Shown piece by piece: positions 45,869-55,598 of a stretch of 64,000 nucleotides of DNA. The DNA is taken from contig JAPLXC010000005.1 in NCBI GenBank assembly GCA_026396275.1, forward strand, positions 1,615-65,614, given 5' to 3'. The notes under the pieces are model-generated. The model saw nothing but the letters and a program-made list of their open reading frames with translations, did no database searches and had not been told where the DNA came from. The DNA comes from Candidatus Moraniibacteriota bacterium. GTDB taxonomy: Bacteria; Patescibacteriota; Minisyncoccia; Moranbacterales; JAPLXC01. The number at the start of each line of letters is the position of its first letter. The first letter of the stretch is position 1. Both the position numbers and the translations under genes were made by a program.

Positions 45869-47350
45869 ATGCTTGTCCTAGACGACATTTTAAAGTCCTT
45901 CAAGTTAGAGCTTACCGATGAGCGGCGGAAAATGATTACCGAGACCTATGAATTTGCCGCATCGGCCCACACCGGGCAAAAAAGAAAGTCCGGCGAGGAT
46001 TACATCCAGCACAGCTTGGAAACCGCCAAAACCCTGGCTGATATCGGCATGGGCTCACGCACTATTTCAGCAGCGCTTCTTCATGATGTTCCCGAAGACA
46101 CTGCCGTGGGACTTGAAGAAATAGAGAAAAAATTCGGAAAAGAAATCGCCAAAATTGTTGACGGCGTCACCAAACTGGGAAAACTGCGCTTGCGGGGATC
46201 GCAAAAGGAATTTTATCTTGAGAATCTCCGCAAGATGTTTTTCGCCATGGCGGAAGACATCCGCGTCGTGATTATAAAACTGGCTGACCGGCTTCATAAT
46301 ATGCGCACGCTGGAGCATCTTCCTCCCGAAAAACGAAAGCGGATTGCCCGGGAGACAATGGAAATCTTTGTGCCAATCGCCAACCGGTTAGGAATCGGCG
46401 AGATTAAAGGCCGACTTGAAGACCTGGCTTTTAAATACCTTGATCCTGAAAACTACGAATACGTAAAAAATCTTGAAGCCAAATACTACCAAGAAATAGA
46501 AAAATACATCAATCAGGCCATTAAAGAATTAAAAAAAGAACTTAAAAATGAAGGGATTGAAGTAATTGATATTTACGGCAGGGCCAAGCATCTATATCGG
46601 CTGTTTCTCAAGCTCCAACGCCACGATATGGACATAAGCCAGGTTTACGACTTAGCGGCTATTCGCATTATTGTCTCCGAGGTGGCTGATTGCTATGAAA
46701 CACTCGGCATCGTTCACAAAAAGTATCACCCGATGATCGGAAGAATAAAAGACTACATATCGCTTCCCAAGCCCAATGGCTATCAGTCCATCCACACCAC
46801 CGTTTTCGGCCCGGAAGGAAAAATTTTGGAAATCCAGATACGAACCAAGAGAATGAACGATGAAGCTGAATTCGGAATCGCCGCTCACTGGACCTACAGT
46901 GAAAAAGAAAAGAAGGGATGGAGAAAATACTTTTTCCCCAGAAAAAAGAAAGTTCCTGATGAAGAAATTGCCTGGGTCGGACAGCTTCAGGAATGGCAAA
47001 AGGAAATCGGCAGAGACGGCGAAGAATTTATGGAGGGGCTAAAGATCGACTTTTTTAAAAATCACATCTTTGCCTTCACTCCTAAGGGAGATATCATTGA
47101 TCTTCCGGAGGAAGCTACTCCCATTGACTTTGCTTATGCTATTCACAGCGAAATCGGAGAGAGGGCCGTAGGCGCCAAGGCCGACGGGAAAATGGTTCCT
47201 CTTGATTACTGCATCAAAAATGGTCAGGTGATTGAAATTCTTACTACCAAAGAATCCAAGCTCCCCAGCCGCGACTGGCTCAACTTCGTCAAAACATCAG
47301 TAGCCAGATCTCATATCGGAAGACGCTTGAGAAAAGAAGGGAAGCTGTAA
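45869..47350 (+). CDS. bifunctional (p)ppGpp synthetase/hydrolase, RelA/SpoT family (short, no TGS/ACT)
   Basis: HD domain (HDVPEDT) and synthetase motifs (YxSLH, RIKDYIS...GYQSIHT). Start at the internal Met, directly after a TATAAT box. Confidence 0.85.
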   Translation: MLVLDDILKSFKLELTDERRKMITETYEFAASAHTGQKRKSGEDYIQHSLETAKTLADIGMGSRTISAALLHDVPEDTAVGLEEIEKKFGKEIAKIVDGVTKLGKLRLRGSQKEFYLENLRKMFFAMAEDIRVVIIKLADRLHNMRTLEHLPPEKRKRIARETMEIFVPIANRLGIGEIKGRLEDLAFKYLDPENYEYVKNLEAKYYQEIEKYINQAIKELKKELKNEGIEVIDIYGRAKHLYRLFLKLQRHDMDISQVYDLAAIRIIVSEVADCYETLGIVHKKYHPMIGRIKDYISLPKPNGYQSIHTTVFGPEGKILEIQIRTKRMNDEAEFGIAAHWTYSEKEKKGWRKYFFPRKKKVPDEEIAWVGQLQEWQKEIGRDGEEFMEGLKIDFFKNHIFAFTPKGDIIDLPEEATPIDFAYAIHSEIGERAVGAKADGKMVPLDYCIKNGQVIEILTTKESKLPSRDWLNFVKTSVARSHIGRRLRKEGKL

Positions 47351-47448
47351 TAATTTCTAATTGATCTAATTATTCTAATTGACCTAAAAAATTTCCAAAA
47401 TTTTTTATTGGGATTTGAGAATTGGAGATTAATTAGAAATTAGATCAA

Positions 47449-48372
47449 TCAGGAATTAGAAATTTTGTTCAAGATGTTATTCAATTCTTCTTCTGAATAA
47501 TATTCAATAATAATTCTTCCTCCGCCTCCGGACTTGGCAATTTTGACTTTCGTTCCAAGAAATCCTACCAACTTATCTTCCAATTCTTTAATTTGAGGAT
47601 CAATGTTTAAAATCCGCTTATGAGGCCGGACAGAAATTTCCCTGGTCTTGTTTTCTGTTTGCCTCACCGTCAGATTTTGCTTTATAATAAGCTCGAACAG
47701 GACCCGCTGCTTTTCCGGATTGTCCATCGCTAAAATGGCTTTGGCGTGCCCTTCGGTAATTTGCCCCCCAGCAAGCGCTCGCTGAATTTCAACCGGTAAT
47801 CCTAAAAGGCGAATCTTGTTGGCGACCGAACTGCGACTTTTTCCTATCCGCAGCGCCACCTCTTCCTGGCTCATCTGAAAATCATCAGTGAGTTTTTTGT
47901 AGGCCCTGGCTTCTTCTACAGCATTGAGATCATATCGTTGGACATTCTCTACTAGAGCCAGTTCTAGCTTCTCTTTTTCTTTTGCCTCGCGAATTACAAT
48001 CGGGACAGTTGAGAGTCCCACTTGCTTGGCGGCTTGGAATCTTCTTTCTCCGGCGATGAGTTCAAATCGTGAACCGTTCTGGCTCACTACTAATGGTTGA
48101 ATAATTCCGTGCTGTTTAATTGATTGGGCTAGCCCTACTAGTTTCTCCTCGTCAATCTGAAGACGGGGCTGGTGAGGATTGGAATCAATTAAATTAATGT
48201 CGATCTCTGATACTTTACTTTGCATGAAACTTTCCTCTGAATTTCTGTTTACTTGCTCCTTTATTTCTCCGTTTTTCTGTTCTTTTGTTTCTCGGTTTTT
48301 TTGTTCTTGCGTTCCTTTATTTTTTTGAGGTATCAACGAGGCCAGGCCGCGCCCTAATCCGTAATTTTGCAT
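47449..48372 (-). CDS. parB: chromosome partitioning protein ParB
   Basis: GERRFQAAKQVGL and an HTH. Lys/Glu-rich N-terminal extension. Confidence 0.85.
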   Translation of the reverse strand: MQNYGLGRGLASLIPQKNKGTQEQKNRETKEQKNGEIKEQVNRNSEESFMQSKVSEIDINLIDSNPHQPRLQIDEEKLVGLAQSIKQHGIIQPLVVSQNGSRFELIAGERRFQAAKQVGLSTVPIVIREAKEKEKLELALVENVQRYDLNAVEEARAYKKLTDDFQMSQEEVALRIGKSRSSVANKIRLLGLPVEIQRALAGGQITEGHAKAILAMDNPEKQRVLFELIIKQNLTVRQTENKTREISVRPHKRILNIDPQIKELEDKLVGFLGTKVKIAKSGGGGRIIIEYYSEEELNNILNKISNS

Positions 48373-48395
48373 AAAATTGTTACATTGCTAAATTG

Positions 48396-49181
48396 TTACA
48401 CTGTAAATTTTTTATTTTCTTTTTCCTTTTCCAATATTTCTCTCGTCAGATTTTTATAGGCCCTGGCTCCTCCGGAAAAAGCGTCAAAATGCAAAATAGA
48501 TTTTCCGAAACTGGGAGCTTCGGCTAGACGCACGCTGCGAGGAATAACGCTGTCAAAAACATGACCAGGGAAATGATCGCGCACTTCGCGCACTACTTGG
48601 CGAGCCAGACGATTACGGCGATCATACATCGTGAGCACTGCTCCCATTACACTCAACTGCGGCTGGAGATTTTCCTTCACTAAATTAATCGTCTCGAGCA
48701 ATTGGCTCAAGCCCTCCAAAGCGTAATATTCCGTCTGGACCGGTATGATTACTTCGTCGCTGGCTGCCAGTCCGTTGATTGTGAGCAGCCCCAAGCTGGG
48801 GGGACTGTCGATAATAATATAATCGTATTCGGTGCGAATTTGGCGAAGAACATCATAAAGTTTAAACTCGCGGTTTTCAATGTGAACCAGTTCAATATTT
48901 GCTCCTGCCAGATCCTGCGAGGCTGGCATGACATCATGCCCGAAACTTTCCGTTTTCATGATAATTTCACGGGGGTGATGACCCATTATCATCGCATGGT
49001 ATAGGCTTTTAGAGAGTTCGCGAGTGTTAATACCCAGTCCTGATGAAGCATTTCCTTGCGGATCAAGATCAACCAGAAGCACAAACTTACCCGCCGCCGC
49101 AAGATACGTAGCTAAATTAATAGCTGTGGTGGTTTTTCCCACTCCGCCTTTTTGATTGACGAGAGATATGATTTTCGCCAT
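48396..49181 (-). CDS. parA: chromosome partitioning ATPase ParA/Soj
   Basis: KGGVGKTTTAINLA deviant Walker A. Confidence 0.9.
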   Translation of the reverse strand: MAKIISLVNQKGGVGKTTTAINLATYLAAAGKFVLLVDLDPQGNASSGLGINTRELSKSLYHAMIMGHHPREIIMKTESFGHDVMPASQDLAGANIELVHIENREFKLYDVLRQIRTEYDYIIIDSPPSLGLLTINGLAASDEVIIPVQTEYYALEGLSQLLETINLVKENLQPQLSVMGAVLTMYDRRNRLARQVVREVRDHFPGHVFDSVIPRSVRLAEAPSFGKSILHFDAFSGGARAYKNLTREILEKEKENKKFTV

Positions 49182-49205
49182 AATTAGCTATAGTATACAT
49201 CAAAA

Positions 49206-49221
49206 GCCGCTGTGGCGGAAT
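49206..49221 (+). pseudogene. orphan 5' tRNA fragment (acceptor plus D-stem start) complementary to the 3' half at 49443..49478
   Basis: gccgctgtggcggaa follows the pattern of the tRNA-Leu 5' end gccgaagtggtggaa. Its acceptor strand pairs with cagcggc at 49471..49477. Confidence 0.4.
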
Positions 49222-49268
49222 CCATGCACCAATCCCGACAAACGGGGTGGTGCGGGACAAGCTGGCAG

Positions 49269-49351
49269 ATTTACCCCGCACTAATTTTGCCGAAGTGGTG
49301 GAACGGTAGACACGTACGACTCAAAATCGTATGAGCTTATGCTCATGTGGG
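49269..49351 (+). tRNA. tRNA-Leu (anticodon CAA), long variable arm
   Basis: Acceptor GCCGAAG/CTTCGGC, anticodon loop CTCAAAA, a 17-nt variable arm, T-loop TTCGATT. Flanked by 18-bp inverted repeats CCCCGCACTAATTTTGCC / GGCAAAATTTAGTGCGGGG. Confidence 0.85.
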
Positions 49352-49442
49352 TTCGATTCCCACCTTCGGCACAATTTAGGCAAAATTTAGTGCGGGGCGC
49401 GCGACTCCCCAAACCAAATTCTCTTTCAGCGAATTGGTATGG

Positions 49443-49478
49443 GGCAGGCAAAATCGTGTGGGCTTACGCTCATATCGG
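49443..49478 (+). pseudogene. tRNA-Leu-like 3' half (anticodon loop to 3' end) lacking a contiguous 5' half
   Basis: caaaatcgtgtgggcttacgctcatatcggttcgactccgatcagcggca parallels the 3' half of the adjacent tRNA-Leu. No 5' acceptor strand within 200 nt except the fragment at 49206. Confidence 0.45.
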
Positions 49479-49596
49479 TTCGACTCCGATCAGCGGCACA
49501 TGTTTTGAACATGCTTCGTTGCTTGACTTTTTATCAATTCTGTACTAATATGATATATCGGACTTGTACAAGGTTTATTTAAAAAAGGAGGAAAAA

Positions 49597-49707
49597 GTGA
49601 AGAAATACGAGGAAAAAAACGGAGACCAGACACTTTTCGAAAAAATAAAAGAGAAGCTGGAATCGCTCTTGGCAACGATAATATTATGGAAGGGAGGACA
49701 TTTCTAA
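49597..49707 (+). CDS. unannotated 36-aa ORF (MKKYEEKNGDQTLFEKIKEKLESLLATIILWKGGHF)
   Basis: GTG start 6 nt after AAGGAGG. Followed by a perfect hairpin terminator at 49718..49751. Confidence 0.3.
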   Translation: MKKYEEKNGDQTLFEKIKEKLESLLATIILWKGGHF

Positions 49708-49717
49708 TTCCTACTGT

Positions 49718-49751
49718 CAGCCGCTTGTTCTAGATTTCTAGACAAGCGGCT
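49718..49751. terminator. bidirectional hairpin CAGCCGCTTGT(T)CTAGA-TTCTAGACAAGCGGCT
   Basis: A 16-bp inverted repeat between the convergent small ORF and tatD. Confidence 0.55.
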
Positions 49752-49767
49752 TTAATTTTCGAACTAT

Positions 49768-50628
49768 TTATAAATTGAAAAGTATTCGGGCATTTTGGGT
49801 GGTTATCTTAGCTATTTCTTTAACATCCAAGTTTTTCACTTCCGCAATTTTTTGAGCCGTGTACTTTACATAAACCGGTTCGTTTCTTTCTCCTTTTTTC
49901 GGAACCGGAGCAAGATAAGGGCAATCGGTTTCCAGCAGCACATTTTCTAAGGCGACTTCTTTAATCAGACGATTAAAGCTGTTTGAATAAGTTATCACTC
50001 CATTGAGGCCGATTTTATAGCTAAGTTCTGTGAATTGACGGGCGGTTTTGTAGCCGCCGACGAAACTGTGAATCACTCCTCTTTTTTCCACCGGATTATT
50101 TTCCAAAATTTCGTAAAGATCGTCGTAGGCATCCCAGCAGTGGATTATCATTGGCTTTCCAGTTCCATTGGCTAATCTTATTCCCTCTAAAAAAACTTTC
50201 TTTTGCTTCTTCTTCAATTCTTCTACGTTATCGCTTTCCTCAAAATGGTGATAATCCAGTCCCATTTCTCCAATTGCCACCATCTTACTATTTAAAGTGA
50301 GGGTCCTGTATTTATCATAATCAAAATTTTCTCCATTGAGAATAATTTCTTCACTTTCCCATTCTTCACTGCCGCTATATTCAATTTTACTTTTCTCAAG
50401 ATGAAGCGGATGAATTCCCACTGCCGCCCAAACTCCGCTTTCATATCTTTCGGCAATTTCCACTGCCCGCTGGCTTGTTGAATATTGTGAGCCAACATTA
50501 ATAACGAGCACATCATTATCGAGTGCCCGTTTTAAAACTTCGTCGGCGTCTTCGCGGAATGCTTTGAAATTTACGTGAGCGTGGGTGTCGATGAGCATGG
50601 CGTTGTCATGCTGAACTTGTTTCAGCAT
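49768..50628 (-). CDS. tatD: TatD-family metal-dependent DNase/hydrolase
   Basis: MLIDTHAHVNF; TIM-barrel TatD motifs. Confidence 0.85.
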   Translation of the reverse strand: MLKQVQHDNAMLIDTHAHVNFKAFREDADEVLKRALDNDVLVINVGSQYSTSQRAVEIAERYESGVWAAVGIHPLHLEKSKIEYSGSEEWESEEIILNGENFDYDKYRTLTLNSKMVAIGEMGLDYHHFEESDNVEELKKKQKKVFLEGIRLANGTGKPMIIHCWDAYDDLYEILENNPVEKRGVIHSFVGGYKTARQFTELSYKIGLNGVITYSNSFNRLIKEVALENVLLETDCPYLAPVPKKGERNEPVYVKYTAQKIAEVKNLDVKEIAKITTQNARILFNL

Positions 50629-50670
50629 CTAATTAGATCCCGAAACAAGTTCGGGATGACATTAATGATG

Positions 50671-52179
50671 TCATTTTATCCTTTGAAAAAGCGGTCCTGT
50701 CTTTTTAGTTTCCAAGGCGGTCTTAATTTTTTGAGATGTTTCGGGCATGAAGGGCATCAGTAAATCAGAATAAAGCATTAGATGAGAAAACAATTTTACT
50801 ACACTTTCTTTTAATTGTTTACTGTTTTCTTTGAATTCCCATGGTTTAGTTTTTTCAATATACTCGTTCATTTGTTTAATTCCTTTAAGCGTCCAATGGC
50901 TAACAAGTTTTCCTTTCTCATAATAGCCTCCTGATGTTCCCAACCAAATACCATAAAGTACTTGTTCTAATTTAAACTCAAAAAAAATAGATTGATACCA
51001 TTTTTTTATTTCGTCTAGGTCTATATCTTTTTCTGTGTAGTTATTAATTTCCTTAAATAGTTCCTTACCGTTTAATTGCAGTTTTTCGCTCATTTTTATC
51101 ACACGTGAAAGTAAATTTCCTAATCCATTGGCAAGTTCCGCATTATATTTTTCCGTAAATTTTTCCCAGCTGACATCCATATCCTCTCCAAAATTTCCAA
51201 AACTCAAAAGTAAGTAGCGCGTTCCATCTACACCAAATTTTTCAATCATTTCAAAAGGAGAAATTACATTTCCGAGAGATTTGCTCATTTTTTGGCCGTC
51301 AACCCCGATAAATCCGTTAATAAATATCTGTTTGGAAGAGGAAATTCCAGCTGACATTAACATTGCCTGCCACATAGCCACTTGCTGACGCAAATTATCT
51401 TTTCCAGCTAATTGCACTACCGGCCACCATTTTCGAAATTTTTCCATATCATCCGGCCAGCCAATAGCTGAAATGTAGTTTACCAGCGCTTCAAACCAGA
51501 CGTACATTACTTGTTCTGAATCGCCTGGCACTTCTACTCCCCATGGCATTTTGCTTTTGACCCGCGATATACTAAAATCTTCCAGTCCCTTTTCAACAAA
51601 TTTTTTCACTTCATTTAATCTCTTCCTGGGCAAAACAAATTCAGGATTCTTTTCGTAAAGAGCCAGTAAATCTTTCTGATATTTTGAAAATCGAAAGAAA
51701 TAATTTTCTTCCTCAATGATTTCCATTTCCTGATCCGGGTGAAGCGGGCATTTGCACCCGCCAATTAATTCTGACTCAGTTTTTTCCAATTCGCAGCCAA
51801 CACAGTATTTAATTTTATACTTCTTTTTATAAATATCTCCGTTGCTGTTACATCTTTCCCAAAATTCCTGTGCCGCTTTCACGTGATGCTCGTCTGTTGT
51901 TCGAATAAAATTATTAAAGCTCAAATTTAAAGTTCCTTTCAATTTTTTGAAAGATTCAGCTTGTTCATCACAGTATTTTTGAGCATCCATTTTTAATTCT
52001 TCGGCCTTTCTGAAGATTTTGAGTCCATGTTCGTCAGTGCCGGTATTAAAAAAAACTTCATCCCCTATTTGACGATGAAATCTGGCCAAGACATCCGCTT
52101 CAATAATTTCCAGCGCAAAACCAATATGCGGTTCGGCATTTACATATGGTAATGTGGTTGTTATGTAGAATTTATTCAT
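50671..52179 (-). CDS. metG: methionyl-tRNA synthetase (short form)
   Basis: LPYVNAEPHIGFALE aligns to the MetRS HLGH region. KMSKS and a CxxC...CxC zinc knuckle present. Confidence 0.9.
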   Translation of the reverse strand: MNKFYITTTLPYVNAEPHIGFALEIIEADVLARFHRQIGDEVFFNTGTDEHGLKIFRKAEELKMDAQKYCDEQAESFKKLKGTLNLSFNNFIRTTDEHHVKAAQEFWERCNSNGDIYKKKYKIKYCVGCELEKTESELIGGCKCPLHPDQEMEIIEEENYFFRFSKYQKDLLALYEKNPEFVLPRKRLNEVKKFVEKGLEDFSISRVKSKMPWGVEVPGDSEQVMYVWFEALVNYISAIGWPDDMEKFRKWWPVVQLAGKDNLRQQVAMWQAMLMSAGISSSKQIFINGFIGVDGQKMSKSLGNVISPFEMIEKFGVDGTRYLLLSFGNFGEDMDVSWEKFTEKYNAELANGLGNLLSRVIKMSEKLQLNGKELFKEINNYTEKDIDLDEIKKWYQSIFFEFKLEQVLYGIWLGTSGGYYEKGKLVSHWTLKGIKQMNEYIEKTKPWEFKENSKQLKESVVKLFSHLMLYSDLLMPFMPETSQKIKTALETKKTGPLFQRIK

Positions 52180-52181
52180 AT

Positions 52182-53420
52182 TTAATCCAATAACCTCTCA
52201 TAATTATTCGCCCAATAGAGGACTCGCTGGCAGTACCAGTTGTATTTGGACGAGGTTGTTCCTGACAAATACAATTTGGCCGCGTTGCACTCGCCTGATT
52301 TTTTGGTCGCTCCGCCCTTTGCTAATTTAAGCCCCATTGCCACCACTCCGTCAGTAAGATTCCAAGGATCCGGCGGATTGTGGCCGGTGACAGAAGCGAT
52401 TCGGCTTTTATATCCTATCCAGGTATCGGACATAAATTGCGCCACGCCCATCGCCCCGCCGGTTCCAGAATAGGAGCTGGGTGGGCAGGAAACTTTTCTC
52501 TTTTTCCATTCATAATCCAGTTCATCGCAAATGTCTTTGAATAATTCCAGTCTTCTTCCGCTCATCCGGCTGTCTTTTGCATAACATCCACCGGTGAATC
52601 TTCCTAGGTCCGATTCTACCACCAGCATTCCCATAATGAAATCTTTTCTCACACCGGATACTTTTGAAGCAAACCTTGCGGCGTCCTCAATGTCTTTGGC
52701 ATTATATGATTTTCCCAAATATCCAGAAAGATTGCTCCGCAATTTATACAGCTTGGCGTTAAGTTCGGCAATGGTCGCCTCTTTTTCCTGAATGTCGCCC
52801 TGCGTTTCATATTTTTCGGAAAGAAGTGCTTGCTGCTGATCTTGTTTAAGCGCCAGCAAACGCTCGTGATCTTTTTTGAGCTCTTCAAACTTTACTTTTT
52901 CCCCTTCAAGCTTCCCTTTGGAGGACTTAATATCCTCAATCAGGCCAAAAACTTTCTGCTGAATTAGGGCAATGTGATCAAGGCCGCCAAGAAATTGAGA
53001 AAAATTACTTTTGTCTAAAAGCGCTACTACCGGCGAATTGCTCCGGCTATAGTACATTTCCCGAACCAAGCTGGCCAGCACTCTCCTTTGAAAATTCATT
53101 TTTTCATTAGCCAGTTCTATTTCACTTTCGGCGCGGGAAATGTCTTCTCTAGTCCCTTGTACAAATGATTCGGTTTTTCTGACTTCTCCTTGAGTATAAT
53201 TGACGGATTGCTGAATCTGGCCGAGTTCTTGCTCCAATTTTTCTCTTTCTGCTTGCTCCTTTTCAATTTTGCTCTCGATATTTTCAATATCCTCCTTTAT
53301 TTCCGCTTGATTGGCTGGATCCTCGGCCACGACTACCCTGCCAGAAAGCACCATTAAGAGAAGCGACAACAAACAAACAAGAAGAAAGGGTGTAATCTTT
53401 TTTTCCTTCAGATTCCCCAT
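52182..53420 (-). CDS. secreted coiled-coil protein with C-terminal lytic transglycosylase (SLT-like) domain
   Basis: Signal/TM region, a long coiled coil, then MGMLVVESDLG...GTGGAMGVAQFM fitting the SLT catalytic Glu and GAxGxMQ motif. Confidence 0.65.
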   Translation of the reverse strand: MGNLKEKKITPFLLVCLLSLLLMVLSGRVVVAEDPANQAEIKEDIENIESKIEKEQAEREKLEQELGQIQQSVNYTQGEVRKTESFVQGTREDISRAESEIELANEKMNFQRRVLASLVREMYYSRSNSPVVALLDKSNFSQFLGGLDHIALIQQKVFGLIEDIKSSKGKLEGEKVKFEELKKDHERLLALKQDQQQALLSEKYETQGDIQEKEATIAELNAKLYKLRSNLSGYLGKSYNAKDIEDAARFASKVSGVRKDFIMGMLVVESDLGRFTGGCYAKDSRMSGRRLELFKDICDELDYEWKKRKVSCPPSSYSGTGGAMGVAQFMSDTWIGYKSRIASVTGHNPPDPWNLTDGVVAMGLKLAKGGATKKSGECNAAKLYLSGTTSSKYNWYCQRVLYWANNYERLLD

Positions 53421-53452
53421 TCTTTTATTTTACCACTGATTATTGCCAAGTC

Positions 53453-53485
53453 AAAAGCAGGACAAACGTCCTGCTTTTTTCTCTT
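53453..53485. terminator. hairpin GCAGGAC-aaac-GTCCTGC with flanking T-runs
   Basis: Inverted repeat between lytic transglycosylase gene and the GC-rich block downstream of rplY. Confidence 0.5.
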
Positions 53486-53634
53486 ATCGAAAAACAATTT
53501 GCCCACGCACCAGAAAGCCACGAACGCCGACTCGTGAGATGAATGACCTTCAGGCGGCTTTCGGTGCGGGGTTCCGCGCTTCCGAAAACCGAAAGGGCTG
53601 AAAACCCCGACCGTAAGGTCGAGGAGTGCTTCAC

Positions 53635-54330
53635 CTACTCTTTCTTTTCTACTGCTACTGCTTCTTCTTCCTTGCTCGCTACTTCCTCCACTGGAGCTTT
53701 TTCCGCTACTCCCTCAATGGCCGCTACGTCCTCCTCTACTTTTTCTTCAAGTTTTGCCAGTTCTTCCTCACTGCGCGGAGGAGCAACATTGGCTACTACT
53801 GTTTCTGTATCAACTAGTATTTTTACTTTGTCAGAAATATTAAGATCACTTATTTTTATTACATCGTCAAAGGTTTTAAGAGCGCCGGTATCAACTTCTA
53901 TTTTGGCTGGAAGATCAGCTGGAAGACAGTTTATGGGAATGGCATCAATACTTTTTACCAGAACTCCCCCCAATGCTTTAACCGCTTCTGATTCCCCGAT
54001 AAATTCAAGCGGGATTTCGGTTTCGATTTTTTGATCCATCCGGACCTGGAAGAAATCAATATGGGAAAATTTTTCGGATAGAGGGTCGATTTGAACGTCG
54101 TGAATCAGGACATTGGCTTTATTTTTTCCGTCGATGTCCAGCTCCAGGATAGTGCTTTCACCCGCTTGATCATAGGATTTCTCAAAATCCGAATAATTAA
54201 CCCAGAGCGGCCGGGAGGTAATTTTATTTCCGTAAAGAACAGCCGGAATCAGGCCCGCTTTTCGATGGACTTTTATTTTCTTTCCCATTACTTCCCTAAT
54301 CTTGGATTTTAAAATTATTTTTTCAGTCAT
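53635..54330 (-). CDS. rplY: 50S ribosomal protein L25/general stress protein Ctc
   Basis: N-terminal L25 beta-barrel (KVHRKAGLIPAVLYG) and an acidic C-terminal tail. Confidence 0.8.
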   Translation of the reverse strand: MTEKIILKSKIREVMGKKIKVHRKAGLIPAVLYGNKITSRPLWVNYSDFEKSYDQAGESTILELDIDGKNKANVLIHDVQIDPLSEKFSHIDFFQVRMDQKIETEIPLEFIGESEAVKALGGVLVKSIDAIPINCLPADLPAKIEVDTGALKTFDDVIKISDLNISDKVKILVDTETVVANVAPPRSEEELAKLEEKVEEDVAAIEGVAEKAPVEEVASKEEEAVAVEKKE

Positions 54331-54405
54331 TATTTTGCAAAACGAAATTAGTTACCAATCCAGTTTACATCAGCTTTGAAGAAAACGCAAGCCAATACAC
54401 TTTTT

Positions 54406-55512
54406 TTATTCTTTTTTTTCTTCACTATATTCTCTCCGGCCGCTTATGCCGAGCAGTATTCCTAAGGCGGCAAAAGCCGTGAGTAAAAAACTTCCTCCGT
54501 AACTTAAAAAAGGGAGCGGAATGCCGGTTACTGGTATGATTCCTATGTTCATTCCTATATTCACCAGAACCTGGATAAAATACATAATTAGAATTCCGCT
54601 AGCCAGGAGATAACCAAAGTTATCCGGAGCACGGGAAGCAATTCTTTTTATCCGGTAAAAAGCAACAAGAAACAGAAAAATAACCAGCCAGGAGCCAAAA
54701 AGCCCCAGCTCTTCAGACACCACTGCGAAAATGAAGTCGGTGTGTTTTTCCGGAAGAAAATTCAGCTGTGACTGCGAGCCATGGCCGATGCCTTTTCCAA
54801 TAAGCCCTCCTGATCCAACGGCTACCATTGACTGAATTACGTTATAGCCGCTTCCCCGCGGGTCGGATTCGGGACTGACCAGGCTTATGACCCTAGCTTT
54901 TTGGTAATCACCAAGATAAATCCAGCCGCTAGAAGCAAGAATAGCACCCGCTAAAATCAGGATGACGAGAGTCCTTTTGCTTATTCCCGAAATGAGAATC
55001 ATCCCCAGCCAGATTCCCGCCAGCACCATAGCCGATCCCAGGTCTGGCTGACGAAGAACCAGAAAAATCATAGCCGCGGTTAGAATCAGCGACGCGATTA
55101 ATCTGCCGGTTTCTCCCAGTTCCATTTTCTTTTGGGAAATAAAACTGGCCAAAAAAATGATGAGGGAGAGCTTTGCTATTTCCACCGGTTGAATATGAAA
55201 AGGCCCAAGACCGATCCATCCCACGGTGCCGCGGACAGTGCTTCCCAAAAAAAGAACCGCCGCCAAAAGAAATAGCATGGCAAAGTAAATGGCAGTGCTG
55301 TATGATTTGAGATAATGATAGTCGGAAAAAGCAAAAAAAAGCATTACTGCTGCTCCCAGTGCGGAAAATACGCACTGCCGGACAAAAACATTTAATCCGC
55401 CATTTGACTGGCCAGTCGCAGAAATGCTATAGAGCGAAAGAAGGCCGATGCCGAGAAGGAGAAGCACTGAAATAAGTAATATCCAATCAAATTTTAAAAG
55501 CTTATTAAGCAT
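54406..55512 (-). CDS. SEDS-family peptidoglycan polymerase (RodA/FtsW)
   Basis: 10-TM FtsW/RodA pattern. Confidence 0.85.
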   Translation of the reverse strand: MLNKLLKFDWILLISVLLLLGIGLLSLYSISATGQSNGGLNVFVRQCVFSALGAAVMLFFAFSDYHYLKSYSTAIYFAMLFLLAAVLFLGSTVRGTVGWIGLGPFHIQPVEIAKLSLIIFLASFISQKKMELGETGRLIASLILTAAMIFLVLRQPDLGSAMVLAGIWLGMILISGISKRTLVILILAGAILASSGWIYLGDYQKARVISLVSPESDPRGSGYNVIQSMVAVGSGGLIGKGIGHGSQSQLNFLPEKHTDFIFAVVSEELGLFGSWLVIFLFLVAFYRIKRIASRAPDNFGYLLASGILIMYFIQVLVNIGMNIGIIPVTGIPLPFLSYGGSFLLTAFAALGILLGISGRREYSEEKKE

Positions 55513-55598
55513 GATTTTATACTAAGCAACAAAAGAACAGAGAAACTAAAGAACCGCGGAACATTTTTTGTTTTTTAGTTCTTTAGTTTTTTAGTTCT

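Noticed and set aside
49206-49500. tmRNA at the tRNA-Leu locus (because of T-arm-like GGTTCGACTCC and split halves)
   Set aside because: The acceptor stem lacks the G3:U70 alanine identity pair, no tag-peptide ORF with a resume codon was found, and a complete tRNA-Leu lies in the middle.
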